DNA of 64,000 nucleotides, from positions 314,357 through 378,356 of the forward strand of contig CAVRWQ010000011.1 in NCBI GenBank assembly GCA_963724955.1, in the 5' to 3' direction. The notes below the pieces were generated by a model. It was given only the letters and a program-made list of their open reading frames with translations. It searched no databases and had not been told where the DNA came from. Origin of the DNA: an uncultured Acidobacteriota bacterium. GTDB lineage: Bacteria; Acidobacteriota; Vicinamibacteria; Vicinamibacterales; SCN-69-37. This document shows positions 50,633 to 60,285 of the stretch, one piece after another. The translations under genes and the position numbers were made by a program. Numbering within the stretch: position 1 is the stretch's first letter; each line of letters starts with the position of its first letter.

Positions 50633-52151
50633 CTGTTTGGGAAGGCTTGGGGGCCTTGTGGGGCCGCATGAGCGGGAACAGGATGACGTCGCGAATGGAG
50701 GGGCTGTTGGTGAGCAGCATCACGAGCCGGTCGATGCCGATGCCCTCGCCGCCGGTGGGCGGCAGGCCGTACTCGAGCGCGCGAATGTAGTCCTCGTCCA
50801 TCTGGTGCGCCTCGACGTTGCCGGCGGCGCGCTCGGCAATCTGCGCCTCGAAGCGGCGCCGCTGCTCGTCCGGATCGTTCAGCTCGCTGAAGCCGTTGGC
50901 GAGCTCGAACCCGCCGGCGTACAGCTCGAAGCGCTCGACCGTGTCGGGGTCGTCCGGCCGCTGTTTGGACAGCGGCGAGACCTCGGTCGGAAAGTCATAC
51001 ACGAAGGTCGGCTGAACGAGCCGATCCTCCCACAGCGCCTCGAACACGTCCGTCGCAATGCGCCCGGCGCCATCTGACGCGGCAACGTCGAGGCCAAGCG
51101 CGCTCGCGACCGCCGCCGCCTGCGCGCGATCGCGGAGCATGGCCTCGGTCACGTCCCGGCCGAGCCGCCCGCTCGCTGCCTCCGCCGCAGCCGCCCGCAG
51201 CGACAGCCGCCGGAACGGCGGCGCGAACGACAGCACGTGCTCGCCGAACGGGGCGTCGAGGCTGCCGAGCACGTCGCGCGCGATGTCCGTCAGCATGTCC
51301 TCGGTGAGCCGCATGAGGTGCTGGTAGTCCACGTAGGCCTCGTAGAACTCGAGCATCGTGAATTCGGGGTTGTGCTGGGTCGAGATGCCCTCATTCCTGA
51401 AGTTACGATTGATCTCGTAGACTCGTTCGAACCCGCCGACCGTCAGCCGCTTGAGATACAACTCCGGCGCGATCCGGAGGAACAGATCGATGTCGAGCGC
51501 GTTGTGGTGCGTGACGAACGGCCGCGCCAGCGCACCGCCGGCAATCGGCTGCATCATCGGCGTCTCGACTTCGAGAAACCCGCGCGCCTCGAGAAACCGC
51601 CGGATGCCGGCGATCACTCTCGCGCGCGTCTCGAACACCCGGCGCGACTCCGGGTTGACCACGAGATCGAGATAGCGCTGACGGTAGCGCGTCTCGACGT
51701 CGGTGAGGCCGTGCCACTTCTCCGGCATCGGCAGCAGACACTTGACGAGAAAATGCAGCCGCGACGCCCAGACGGTCAGCTCGTTCGTCTTCGTCCTGAA
51801 CAACCGGCCTTCGACGCCGATGTGGTCGCCAAAGTCGAGCAGCTTGAAGACCTGAAAATCCAGGACGGGCAGCGCGTCCTCCCGGACGTAGACCTGCACG
51901 CGACGGAGCCCGTCGGACAGCACCAGGAAGTTCGCCTTGCCGAACGTCCGCACGCCGACGATCCGTCCCGCGAGACGCACGTGCGGCCGCTCCGCTTCGA
52001 GCGCCTCACCCGTCCTGGCGCCGTGCGCCTCGACGGCTGCCCCGATCGTCGCGGTCCGATCGAAACGGCTGGGATATCCCGCCACACCCAGGCGCCCGAG
52101 CTCCTCGAGCTTCGCCCGGCGTTGCGCTGCCTGTTCGACTTCGTTGGACAT
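50613..52151 (-). CDS. lysS: lysine--tRNA ligase (class II)
   Basis: Intact 512 aa. OB-fold N-domain and class II motifs ([37 protein letters not shown]). Confidence 0.95.
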   Translation of the reverse strand: MSNEVEQAAQRRAKLEELGRLGVAGYPSRFDRTATIGAAVEAHGARTGEALEAERPHVRLAGRIVGVRTFGKANFLVLSDGLRRVQVYVREDALPVLDFQVFKLLDFGDHIGVEGRLFRTKTNELTVWASRLHFLVKCLLPMPEKWHGLTDVETRYRQRYLDLVVNPESRRVFETRARVIAGIRRFLEARGFLEVETPMMQPIAGGALARPFVTHHNALDIDLFLRIAPELYLKRLTVGGFERVYEINRNFRNEGISTQHNPEFTMLEFYEAYVDYQHLMRLTEDMLTDIARDVLGSLDAPFGEHVLSFAPPFRRLSLRAAAAEAASGRLGRDVTEAMLRDRAQAAAVASALGLDVAASDGAGRIATDVFEALWEDRLVQPTFVYDFPTEVSPLSKQRPDDPDTVERFELYAGGFELANGFSELNDPDEQRRRFEAQIAERAAGNVEAHQMDEDYIRALEYGLPPTGGEGIGIDRLVMLLTNSPSIRDVILFPLMRPHKAPKPSQTELHHEE

Positions 52152-52170
52152 GCTTTACTTGATCCTTGTC

Positions 52171-52218
52171 GGCGCTTGGCTCTTGGCGCTTGGCTCCTGG
52201 CGCTTGGCTCTCGGCGCG
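52171..52218. repeat. tandem 14-nt repeat (3.4 copies) in the nusB-lysS spacer
   Basis: ggcgcttggctctt / ggcgcttggctcct / ggcgcttggctctc / ggcgcg, read directly. Confidence 0.8.
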
Positions 52219-52248
52219 TCAGGCGCGAGTTTTTCGAGCGCCGAGCGC

Positions 52249-52677
52249 CTAGAGCCGAGAGCCCTCCAGTGTCTTCTTCACCGCATCGAGCACGCCATTC
52301 ACGAACCTGACGGAGTCGTCGGTGCCGAACGTCCGCGCGAGCTCGATGGCTTCGTTCAACACGACTGGCGCCGGCGTGTCGGGCTGGTGCAGCAGCTCCC
52401 AGATCGCCAGGCGCAGAATCAATCGATCGATCACCGCGAGCCGCTCGAGGCGCCAGTTCGCGGAATGCTGCTCGACGAGGCGATCGACCTCCGGCAAAGA
52501 CGCGATCGTCCCCCGGACCAGCGCGTCGGCAAACGCGCGCACCTCGTCGGAGTCCCCGGCGCGGTGCTCACGAAAGAACGTCTCGAGCGCCTCCCCGGGC
52601 TCGGCGCGACCCACCTCCCAGAAATAGAGGATCTGAATCGCCGCTTCGCGCGCCCGATGCCGGACCGGGATCGTCAT
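52249..52677 (-). CDS. nusB: transcription antitermination factor NusB
   Basis: Intact 142 aa. RHRAREAAIQILYFWEV...WRLERLAVIDRLILRLAIWELL...VVLNEAIELARTFG...FVNGVLD. Confidence 0.92.
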   Translation of the reverse strand: MTIPVRHRAREAAIQILYFWEVGRAEPGEALETFFREHRAGDSDEVRAFADALVRGTIASLPEVDRLVEQHSANWRLERLAVIDRLILRLAIWELLHQPDTPAPVVLNEAIELARTFGTDDSVRFVNGVLDAVKKTLEGSRL

Positions 52678-53120
52678 GGCTTCAACCGGGCATACAGGCG
52701 CGCCATCTCGAGCGCGGCGATCGCCGCCTCACGGCCCTTGTTCGCGGGGCCCTCGCCGGCTCTCGCCACGGCCTCCTCGGCCGTGTTCGTCGTGAGGACA
52801 CCGAACGCGATCGGCACGCCGGTGTCCTGCGCGGCGCGCATGATGCCGTACGACGCGGCCTGGGCGATGTAGTCGAAGTGCGGCGTCTCGCCGCGGATCA
52901 GGCACCCCAGGCACACGACCGCCGCCCAGTCTCCCGAGCGCGCCAGTTGCGAGGCCGCCTGGGGCAGCTCGTAGGCGCCCGGCACGGCAAACGTCTCGAC
53001 CTCTCGGCCCTCGAGCCCGGCTTCACCGAGGGCGGCGCGCGCGCCCTGCTCGAGCCGCTCGGTGATGAAGGCGTGATAGGTCGAAACGACTAGCGCGATT
53101 CGCACGGTCGCACGTTGCAC
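52674..53120 (-). CDS. ribH: 6,7-dimethyl-8-ribityllumazine synthase
   Basis: Intact 148 aa. VPGAYELPQAA...VVCLGCLIRGETPHFDYIAQAASYGIM...VPIAFGVLTT. Its stop overlaps the nusB start. Confidence 0.92.
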   Translation of the reverse strand: MQRATVRIALVVSTYHAFITERLEQGARAALGEAGLEGREVETFAVPGAYELPQAASQLARSGDWAAVVCLGCLIRGETPHFDYIAQAASYGIMRAAQDTGVPIAFGVLTTNTAEEAVARAGEGPANKGREAAIAALEMARLYARLKP

Positions 53121-53137
53121 TGGTCAGGAGGCACGTG

Positions 53138-53920
53138 TCACTTGCCTTTGAAGTCGGCCTTGCGCTTCTCGAGAAACGCGCGCGTGCCCTCGCGCATGTC
53201 CTCGGTCGTCGCCAGCAGGCCGAACAGCGTGGCCTCGTAGTCCTGGGCGTCCTCGAAGGACATGTCCAGCCCGGCGGCCACCGCGTCCAGCGTGTATCGC
53301 ACGGCGATCGGCGCCTTCGCGGCCAGCGCGTGCGCGAGCTTCTTCGTCTCTTCCATGAGCTCCGCCGCCGGCACGACGCGGTTCACGAGACCGATGCGCC
53401 AGGCTTCGTCCGCCGGGATCTGATGACCGGACAGCAGCAGCTCGAGCGCGCGGCCGCGTCCGACGAGTCGCGGCAGGCGCTGCGACCCCGCATAGCCCGG
53501 AATCAGGCCGAGATTGATCTCCGGCTGTCCGAACTTCGCCGTCTCAGACGCGAACCGGATCGTGCAGGCCATGGCCAGCTCACACCCGCCGCCCAGCGCA
53601 AACCCGTTGACCGCGGCAATGACCGGCTTCCCCAGCCGCTCGATCCGGTCGAACAGCCGCTGCCCCCGCCGCGCGTGTTCTCGTCCAGCCACCGGCGACT
53701 GCACGGCAAGCTCGTTGATGTCCGCACCCGCGACAAACGATCGGTCGCCGGCGCCAGTGAGCACGAGACATCGCACCGACTCATCGGAGGCGGCCTCGTC
53801 GATCGCGTGCGCCAGCTCATCGAGCATCGCGGCGTTGAGCGCGTTCAGCACCTTCGGACGATTGAGCTGAATCACGAGCACGCCGCCCTCGCGCTCGACG
53901 AGGATGTTCTCGTAGGGCAT
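53138..53920 (-). CDS. enoyl-CoA hydratase/isomerase family protein
   Basis: MPYENILVEREGGVLVIQLNRPKVLNALN...LTGAGDRSFVAGADI...AAVNGFALGGGCELAMACTIRFA...FGQPEINLGLIPGYAGSQRL. ATG at 53920 lies within ORF 53138..54049. Confidence 0.88.
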   Translation of the reverse strand: MPYENILVEREGGVLVIQLNRPKVLNALNAAMLDELAHAIDEAASDESVRCLVLTGAGDRSFVAGADINELAVQSPVAGREHARRGQRLFDRIERLGKPVIAAVNGFALGGGCELAMACTIRFASETAKFGQPEINLGLIPGYAGSQRLPRLVGRGRALELLLSGHQIPADEAWRIGLVNRVVPAAELMEETKKLAHALAAKAPIAVRYTLDAVAAGLDMSFEDAQDYEATLFGLLATTEDMREGTRAFLEKRKADFKGK

Positions 53921-53955
53921 ATCCGGTTGATTATACGTCGCGGTCCGCCAAGAGC

Positions 53956-54002
53956 ATTCACCACGAAGACACGAAGGCCACGAAGAGTTCTTGGGAAGAG
54001 CC
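53956..54002. repeat. half-copy (left arm only) of the HHEE element
   Basis: ttcaccacgaagacacgaaggccacgaagagttcttgggaagagcc compared with ttcaccatgaaggctgaagacgtgaagaggtctttggaaag. Confidence 0.5.
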
Positions 54003-54401
54003 TCAGGCTTTTGGACGAGCGCGGCGGCGCCACAGGCGGGCGATCGCAAAGACCATCAGCGATCCGGCGATGGCGCCGAGCGCGTCCGCGATCCAGTCGT
54101 CCACCGTCGCCGATCGACCCGTCACGAAGCGCTGATGGAACTCGTCGCTGGCGCCGTAGAGCACGGCGATGACGATCGCGATCACCGCCGCCCGCGGCCG
54201 GACGCCACGCCAGGTCGCCGACGCGAGTGCCCGCACGAGCAGAATGGCCAGCAGCGCATAGCCGATGAAGTGGCCCTGGTGGTCGGTGAATCCCCCGGGC
54301 ACTTCCTTGAGGTTCTCCTGGCCCGAGAAGATGAAAATGGCGATCATCTGGGCGAGCGGCGGGCCCCAGACCCAGACGAAGCGAAGCAGGCCGGACGTCA
54401 C
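54003..54401 (-). CDS. VanZ-family membrane protein
   Basis: 132 aa, GTG start. AIFIFSGQ...HFIGYALLAILL...LYGASDEFHQRFVTGRSATVDDWIADALGA. Confidence 0.7.
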   Translation of the reverse strand: MTSGLLRFVWVWGPPLAQMIAIFIFSGQENLKEVPGGFTDHQGHFIGYALLAILLVRALASATWRGVRPRAAVIAIVIAVLYGASDEFHQRFVTGRSATVDDWIADALGAIAGSLMVFAIARLWRRRARPKA

Positions 54402-54402
54402 C

Positions 54403-54576
54403 TCAGCCGTAGAGGACGTACATCACCCAGCCGAGGCCGTACGCCCCGACTACGAGCGCGGTGAAGATGCGGCCGGCCAGCCGCCATTGATCGCGCGGCG
54501 ATTCGCGCAGGAGCGCGCCGAACACCGCGGAGACGCAGGCGGCGAACAGGATCATCACGCCGAGATGCGTGGTCAT
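54403..54576 (-). CDS. 57-aa two-helix membrane protein (below ORF-track cutoff)
   Basis: Own translation: MTTHLGVMILFAACVSAVFGALLRESPRDQWRLAGRIFTALVVGAYGLGWVMYVLYG*. Its ATG overlaps the upstream stop (ATGA), and its stop lies 1 nt before the vanZ GTG. Confidence 0.45.
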   Translation of the reverse strand: MTTHLGVMILFAACVSAVFGALLRESPRDQWRLAGRIFTALVVGAYGLGWVMYVLYG

Positions 54577-54938
54577 GCGGACTTGCGTCCCCGGGCGAAG
54601 TCGACGGCGTCCAGCACGATGAGCGAATTCAGCAGGCCGGCCACGATGAGGAAGGTGTTGCCGTATTCATAAGTCACCGCGACGACGTCGCCGCGTCCCT
54701 GGCCCATCACCGCCGCAAGCAAGCGCGGGAGCGCGAGCACCCACTCGGCGGCCGCCGCGAGCACGACGAGCGGCTCGTTCCACTGGAAGGGAAAGAGCCG
54801 GCCGCCGAACGCGAGCCCCAGCACGAACATCGCGATCAGCACGATGAAGAAGATCACGCTCTTGCGGAGCTGACCGACGAGAAAATGTCCGGCGCCGGGG
54901 ATGAGCCAGGCGACGACTGCGACCGTCGCGGGATTCAT
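54573..54938 (-). CDS. small integral membrane protein (121 aa), family not recognised
   Basis: MNPATVAVVAWLIPGAGHFLVGQLRKSVIFFIVLIAMFVLGLAFGG... 3-4 hydrophobic helices. Its ATG overlaps the upstream stop (ATGA). Confidence 0.55.
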   Translation of the reverse strand: MNPATVAVVAWLIPGAGHFLVGQLRKSVIFFIVLIAMFVLGLAFGGRLFPFQWNEPLVVLAAAAEWVLALPRLLAAVMGQGRGDVVAVTYEYGNTFLIVAGLLNSLIVLDAVDFARGRKSA

Positions 54939-55390
54939 GGCCGAAGAGTGTACTCCATCGTCCGAACCGGCCCGGCCGCGACCCGCACGATGACGTACGC
55001 GATGAGCGCGCCCAGCGGGATGGCAGCCACGGCGCGCAGGCCGCTCGTCACGTGCGCGACGCCGGTCCACTCGAGCAGGACGGTCGCGATCGTCGGCACG
55101 CTCGCGAGCGCGAGCGCCCCCAGACCTCGTGACGGACGCCGGCGCCCCAGCGACACGCCGGCGAGCGCCCCGAGCGGCGCTCCGAGATAGAGGCCGGCGC
55201 AACGGCCGCACACCGGCCACTGCACACCGGCGGTGTGGAACGAACGCTCCGGCCGTTGATGACAGATGCGCGACGCCGCGACGTACACGACGCCCGTCCA
55301 CCCCGACAATCCGTGCGCCGCGCGGTCCCAGAGCGCCCCACCGAGCAGAACCGGCCAGGCGATCGACGCGGCGACCAGCAGCTTCACCAT
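54935..55390 (-). CDS. DUF2085-like membrane protein
   Basis: MVKLLVAASIAWPVLLGG... with RICHQRPERSFHTAGVQWPVCGRCAGLYLG (the CH..PERSF ... PVC.RC.G motif). Confidence 0.6.
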   Translation of the reverse strand: MVKLLVAASIAWPVLLGGALWDRAAHGLSGWTGVVYVAASRICHQRPERSFHTAGVQWPVCGRCAGLYLGAPLGALAGVSLGRRRPSRGLGALALASVPTIATVLLEWTGVAHVTSGLRAVAAIPLGALIAYVIVRVAAGPVRTMEYTLRP

Positions 55391-56088
55391 CCGGCGACCC
55401 CGCGGAGAATTCGCGCCCAGGCCGGCGCCAGCGCCCACTTGAGCGCGAGATCCAGGACGAGCAGCGCGGCGCCCACCTGAAGAGGCGGCCGATGATCCCG
55501 GAGCGAGAACGGCACGCCCCGGAGACGGGAGAGCAGCGGACCGGAAAGGATCACGCCGATGATCACGAAGCCGATGACCCGCACGACCGCCCACGGGTGC
55601 CAGCCCAGCACGGCCGAGGCGATCGGGTTGGCGCTCCGCGCCGTCATCGCGCCGACGTACTCACCCATCTGATTGATGAGGACCGCGCCCATCGGCATCG
55701 ACGCGAGGCCGGCAGTCGCGAGGGAGGCCGCGCTGAAGACGGCCGCGTACGTGAGATGGCGCGGCACGAAGACCGACGGCATACTCTCGGGGCCGCGGCC
55801 GCTCCGCACCCACTGGATCATCTCATCGCGATATGCGGATCGGAGAAAGAGGTCGCGGCCGTCCGCACGCCGCGACCAGCCCGACGCCGCCATGGCGGTC
55901 GACATCACCCCCATCGTCAAGGCCCAGACGAGCATGACGGCCACCGCTCGCCGTGTCTCGCCGCGCCTGAGCGCGCCGGCCATCAACCACCAGGGCACGG
56001 CGGCATTCAGCATCGGCACGAGCGCCGGCACGCCAATCAGCCAGCCGACGGCATACGAAGCGACGGTACTGACGATGACAACTACCAT
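55384..56088 (-). CDS. integral membrane protein (234 aa), function unknown
   Basis: Intact ORF with ~6 hydrophobic helices. Its stop overlaps the next start (ATGGTGA). Confidence 0.55.
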   Translation of the reverse strand: MVVVIVSTVASYAVGWLIGVPALVPMLNAAVPWWLMAGALRRGETRRAVAVMLVWALTMGVMSTAMAASGWSRRADGRDLFLRSAYRDEMIQWVRSGRGPESMPSVFVPRHLTYAAVFSAASLATAGLASMPMGAVLINQMGEYVGAMTARSANPIASAVLGWHPWAVVRVIGFVIIGVILSGPLLSRLRGVPFSLRDHRPPLQVGAALLVLDLALKWALAPAWARILRGVAGW

Positions 56089-56222
56089 GCTGATGCTTGC
56101 ATTTGGGATTTGCGATTTTGCGATTTGCGATTTAGAGCATCATGAAAGGCCGTAAATCCAAAAATCTCTCAATCTCTCAAGCTCTAAATCTCTAAATTTC
56201 TAAATTTCTAAATCGCAAAATC
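56089..56222. repeat. AT-rich (~35% GC) intergenic region of inverted arrays of 7-8-nt units
   Basis: Left array atttggg|atttgcg|attttgcg|atttgcg|atttagag. Right array aaatcca|aaaatctc|tcaatctc|tcaagctc|taaatctc|taaatttc|taaatttc|taaatcgc|aaaatctc. The right array is the reverse complement of the left-type units. Confidence 0.8.
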
Positions 56223-57167
56223 TCAAATGTTGAGCTTTCCAAAGTGTTGCTCGTACCGCTCCCTGAACTCCGCGAGCGTGTACGCGTGGCTCTGACCGCC
56301 GAGGTGCTCGAGGGCGTAGGTCGCGGCGACGCTGCCGAGTTTCGCGCAGTCGCCGAGCGGCGCGCCGGCGGCGAGGCCCTTCAGGAACCCGCCGCGGTAG
56401 GCGTCACCGACGCCCGTTGGATCGGCAATGCGATGTGGAGTGACCGCCGGGACGTTGACGCGCTCGCCGGGCTGGAGCACGGTCGACCCGTGCTCGCCGC
56501 GCGTGACGACGAGCACGGCCGCGCGTTCGAGGATGTCGGCTTCCCCGAGACCCGTTTTCTCGCGGATCAGCTCGAGCTCGTAGTCGTTGCAGATGACGAC
56601 GAACGCGCCGCGCAGTCCGTTGGCGAGCTCGTCGCCCGACATGCGCGCGCACTGCTGGCCGGGATCGAAGACGTACCGGATGCCCATCGTCCGGCACTCT
56701 TCCGCGTACTGCGTCATGGCGGCGGGATCGTTGGGCGAGATGATGACGAGATCGACCGGGCCGATCGTCCGGAACGACAGCTCGCTCGCGTGGGCCATCG
56801 CCCCCGTATAGAACGACGCAATCTGGTTGTTGGCCTGGTCGGTGCTGCAGAAAAACGACGCCGTGAACTTGTCGGGGACTTCCTTCACGAGCGAAGTGTC
56901 CACGCCGGCCGCCTCGAGCCAGCGCCGGTACTCCGGAAAGTCCTGCCCCGCCGTCGCCATGAGGAGCGGCCGCTCGCCGAGCAGCGCCAGCGTGTACGCG
57001 ATGTTCGGCGCGCACCCGCCGCGCCGCTTGTCCATCGTGTCCACGAGAAAGCTCAGGCTCACCCGCGAGAAGTGCTCCGGCAGGAAATGCTCGGTGAACT
57101 TCCCGGGAAACGACATCAGGTAGTCGAACGCGATCGAACCGGTGACGACAATGCGCATGGAGGCCAA
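56223..57167 (-). CDS. PfkB-family carbohydrate/nucleoside kinase
   Basis: Intact 314 aa. MRIVVTGSIAFDYLM...GGCAPNIAYTLALLG...DPTGVGDAYRGGFLKGLAAG (the PfkB DPTGAGD-type motif). Confidence 0.8.
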   Translation of the reverse strand: MASMRIVVTGSIAFDYLMSFPGKFTEHFLPEHFSRVSLSFLVDTMDKRRGGCAPNIAYTLALLGERPLLMATAGQDFPEYRRWLEAAGVDTSLVKEVPDKFTASFFCSTDQANNQIASFYTGAMAHASELSFRTIGPVDLVIISPNDPAAMTQYAEECRTMGIRYVFDPGQQCARMSGDELANGLRGAFVVICNDYELELIREKTGLGEADILERAAVLVVTRGEHGSTVLQPGERVNVPAVTPHRIADPTGVGDAYRGGFLKGLAAGAPLGDCAKLGSVAATYALEHLGGQSHAYTLAEFRERYEQHFGKLNI

Positions 57168-57173
57168 CTGTTC

Positions 57174-58034
57174 CTACAGATACTTCTGAATGATGGGCTT
57201 GAGCTTCTCTTTCGTCGCCGCCGGAACGGCATCGGGACGCGTGATGATGGCCGACTGCAGCGCGCGAGCGCATTCACACGAGCGCTCGATCGGCAGCGCT
57301 TCGACGGCATTGGCAATGACCTGCTGCGCCGTTCGCGCGTTCTGGGTCAGGTTCGCGACGATCATGTCGACCGTGACCGAGTCGTGGCCGGGGTGCCAGC
57401 AGTCGTAGTCGGTGACCAGCGCAATCGTCACGTAGCAGATCTCGGCTTCGCGCGCGAGCTTGGCCTCCTGCAGGTTGGTCATGCCGATGACGTCGTACCC
57501 GGCGGCCCGATACGCATTCGACTCGGCCACCGTCGAGAACTGCGGGCCCTCCATGCAGACGTAGGTGCCGCCCTGGTGCACCGTCGCGCCGGCGCGCGTC
57601 GCGGCCGCATACGCCACCTCGCTCAGCGGCCCGCAGAACGGGTGCGCAAAGCCGACGTGCGCGACGAGGCCGTCGCCGAAGAACGTGCTGACTCGTCCGC
57701 GCGTGCGGTCGAAGAACTGGCCGGGGATGACGAGGTCGAGCGGTTTGTAATCTTCACGAAGACTGCCCACAGCGCTCGCCGAGAGGAGCCACTCGACGCC
57801 GAGGAGCTTGAAGCCGTAGATGTTCGCGCGAAAGTTCAGCTCGGAGGGCAACAGCCGGTGGCCGTGCCCGTGGCGCGCGAGGAACGCGACGCGGCGGCCG
57901 CGCAGCGTCGCCAGCACGTACGGGCCGGAGGGATCCCCAAAGGGCGTCGAAATGACGTGTTCCGTGCGATCTGAAAGCTCCGCCATGTCGTACAGGCCGG
58001 AACCGCCGATGATGCCGATGGATGCAGAAGACAT
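57174..58034 (-). CDS. mtnP: S-methyl-5'-thioadenosine phosphorylase
   Basis: Intact 286 aa. [12 protein letters not shown]...[30 protein letters not shown]...[19 protein letters not shown]...[20 protein letters not shown]. Confidence 0.9.
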   Translation of the reverse strand: MSSASIGIIGGSGLYDMAELSDRTEHVISTPFGDPSGPYVLATLRGRRVAFLARHGHGHRLLPSELNFRANIYGFKLLGVEWLLSASAVGSLREDYKPLDLVIPGQFFDRTRGRVSTFFGDGLVAHVGFAHPFCGPLSEVAYAAATRAGATVHQGGTYVCMEGPQFSTVAESNAYRAAGYDVIGMTNLQEAKLAREAEICYVTIALVTDYDCWHPGHDSVTVDMIVANLTQNARTAQQVIANAVEALPIERSCECARALQSAIITRPDAVPAATKEKLKPIIQKYL

Positions 58035-58099
58035 AGGAATCGGTGCTGGGTGCGGCGTGCTGGGTGCAGAGTGCGGTGGGTGCGGGGGTGCGTGCGACG

Positions 58100-58936
58100 C
58101 TAAATCCGCACCGGATCCACGACTTTGCGGCCGTTACGCTCGCGGATGATGCCGGCCGCTATGGCCGGATCGTGCTCGAAGAAGATAACGTACTCGCCGT
58201 CGATCGCCTCGCGAAGAAAGCGCTTCTTGTACGTCAGCGTGTCCATCGGGTACAGGTCGTAGCCCATGATCCACGGCTCATCGACGTGCGCGGTCGTCGG
58301 CATCAGGTCAGCGACGAAGACCGCTGTCTGGCCTCCGGAGACGATCTTGATCAGGTGGTGATGCATCGTGTGTCCGCCGGTGCGCCACGTGCTGATGCCC
58401 GGCAGCACGTCGCCGTCGTGCTCGATGAACCGGATCACGCCGGCCTCCTCGAGCGGCACGAAGTTCTCGGCGAGATAGCTGGCGCGATTGCGCTCGTGGG
58501 GGTGCGTGGCGTCCTCCCACTCGGCGCGGCGCACGAAGTGCGTCGCATTCGGGAACCGCGGCACAGGCCGCCCGTCGCGCATCACGGTGCAGCCGCCGAC
58601 ATGATCGAAATGCAGGTGCGACGTGATCACGGTGTCGATGTCGGCCGCGGTGAGCCCCGCGGCGGCCAGCGCATGGTCCAGGTGCTCGCGCCGATCGATC
58701 GCGTAGATGTCCGTCTCCTTCGCGCTCATCTTGTCGCCGATGCCGGCGTCGATGAGCACCGTGCGATCGCCCGTGCGCACGAGCAGGGGCCGCAGGCCGA
58801 GCGTGATGCGGTTGCGCTCGTCGGCGGGCGCCCGCCGTTCCCACAATGGCTTGGGCACGACGCCGAACATCGCGCCGCCATCGAGACGGAACGTGCCGTC
58901 GGACAACGGCGTGAGCTCGAAGTCACCCAGCTGCAT
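58100..58936 (-). CDS. MBL-fold metallo-hydrolase
   Basis: [29 protein letters not shown]...[13 protein letters not shown]...GGHTMHH. ATG at 58936 lies within ORF 58100..59332. Confidence 0.8.
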   Translation of the reverse strand: MQLGDFELTPLSDGTFRLDGGAMFGVVPKPLWERRAPADERNRITLGLRPLLVRTGDRTVLIDAGIGDKMSAKETDIYAIDRREHLDHALAAAGLTAADIDTVITSHLHFDHVGGCTVMRDGRPVPRFPNATHFVRRAEWEDATHPHERNRASYLAENFVPLEEAGVIRFIEHDGDVLPGISTWRTGGHTMHHHLIKIVSGGQTAVFVADLMPTTAHVDEPWIMGYDLYPMDTLTYKKRFLREAIDGEYVIFFEHDPAIAAGIIRERNGRKVVDPVRI

Positions 58937-59342
58937 CGGGAGCCAGCTCCTTGAGCTCGATGAGCAGCCCGTGCGTGCTGGACGGGTGCAGAAACGCGAT
59001 GCGGGATCCGTGCGCGCCGGGCCGGGGCCGCTCGTCGATGAGCCGCACGTGCTTCGCCACGAGCGCCGCCAGCGCCGCGTCGATGTCCTCGACGACGAGA
59101 CAGACGTGATGCAGCCCGGCGCCGCGCTGCGCGAGAAACTTCGCGACCGGCGAATCCGGCTCGAGCGCCTCGACCAGCTCGATCGTCGTCCCGCCGGTCT
59201 CGACGAAGCGCACGCGATGCCGGCCAACGTCCTCCGGCTCGCCGGTCGCGAGATCGAACAGATCCCGGAAGAGCGCGACCAGCGGCTGCGGATCCGCGAC
59301 GGCCACGCCGACGTGGTCGATTCGCCCGGCACCTCTCGTCAT
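58923..59342 (-). CDS. mce: methylmalonyl-CoA epimerase (VOC/glyoxalase fold)
   Basis: MTRGAGRIDHVGVAVADPQPLVALFRDLF...TTIELVEALEPDSPVAKFLAQRGAGLHHVCLVVEDIDAALA...IAFLHPSSTHGLLIELKE. In this sequence it reads in-frame with the meaB 3' part. Confidence 0.75.
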   Translation of the reverse strand: MTRGAGRIDHVGVAVADPQPLVALFRDLFDLATGEPEDVGRHRVRFVETGGTTIELVEALEPDSPVAKFLAQRGAGLHHVCLVVEDIDAALAALVAKHVRLIDERPRPGAHGSRIAFLHPSSTHGLLIELKELAPDAAG

Positions 59343-60285
59343 GATCGACCGCGCAGCGCCGTACGGATCGATTTCCCGGTTGGCGATGCGATCGAGCAGG
59401 CGCTCGAACTCGCCGGGCGCCAGGATGTCCTCCTCCACGTGACGGACGTACCGCCTGCCGAGGATCTCGCGCAGCCGCCACTCGGCTCGCGCGCGCCGGC
59501 GGCTCCCGAGGGCCTGTTCGGTCGCGGCGCGGAAGCGGCCGATCATCGCGACCAGCTCCGGCAATCCCGCGCCGGTCGTCGCTGTCGTGCGGAGCACGGG
59601 CGGCCGCCAGCGTCCCGTCGGGTCACTGCTCGAGCGTGAGCATCGCCTCGATGGACGCGGCCGTCCGGTCCGCGCCCTCCCGGTCCGCTTTGTTCACGAC
59701 GAAAATGTCGGCGATCTCCATGATCCCGGCCTTGAGCGCCTGCACTTCGTCGCCGGCGCCGGGCACCATCGTGACGATCGAGACATCGGCCGTGCGGACG
59801 ATGTCCACTTCGTCCTGACCGACGCCGACGGTCTCGATGATCACGATGTCGAAGCCGGCGGCGTCGAGCACCATCGCGGCGTCCGCGGAGGTCCGGGCGA
59901 GGCCGCCGAGATGGCCGCGGGTCGCCATGCTCCGGATGAAGACGCCGGCGTCCTCGGCATGCGATTGCATGCGCACGCGATCGCCGAGGATCGCGCCGCC
60001 GCTGAACGGACTGGTGGGATCGACAGCCAGCACGCCGACCGAGGCGCCGGTCTTCCGAAACTCCGCGATCAACCGGTCCACGAGCGTGCTCTTGCCGGCG
60101 CCCGGCGGCCCCGTCACGCCGACCAGGTAGGCCCGGCCGGTGCGCGGATAGAGGCGGCCGACCAGCTCGGCGCCTTCCGCCGATTCGTTTTCGATGAACG
60201 AGATCGCCCGCGCGATGGCGCGTGGATCGCGCGCGAGCACGCGCTCTGCCAGCGAAGCGAGGGCCTGGGGCACCGGCGGGCTCAC
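59343..60285 (-). CDS. meaB: methylmalonyl-CoA mutase-associated GTPase MeaB (one frame change near 59625)
   Basis: VGVTGPPGAGKSTLVDRL, VLAVDPTSPFSGGAILGDRVRM, IIETVGVGQDE, VVNKADR. After the frame change: WRPPVLRTTATTGAGLPELVAMI... Confidence 0.8.

Noticed and set aside
52209-52234. Rho-independent terminator (hairpin + TTTTT) on the plus strand
   Set aside because: No plus-strand gene ends upstream of it, and both neighbours (nusB, lysS) are on the minus strand, where the T-run precedes the stem as an A-run.
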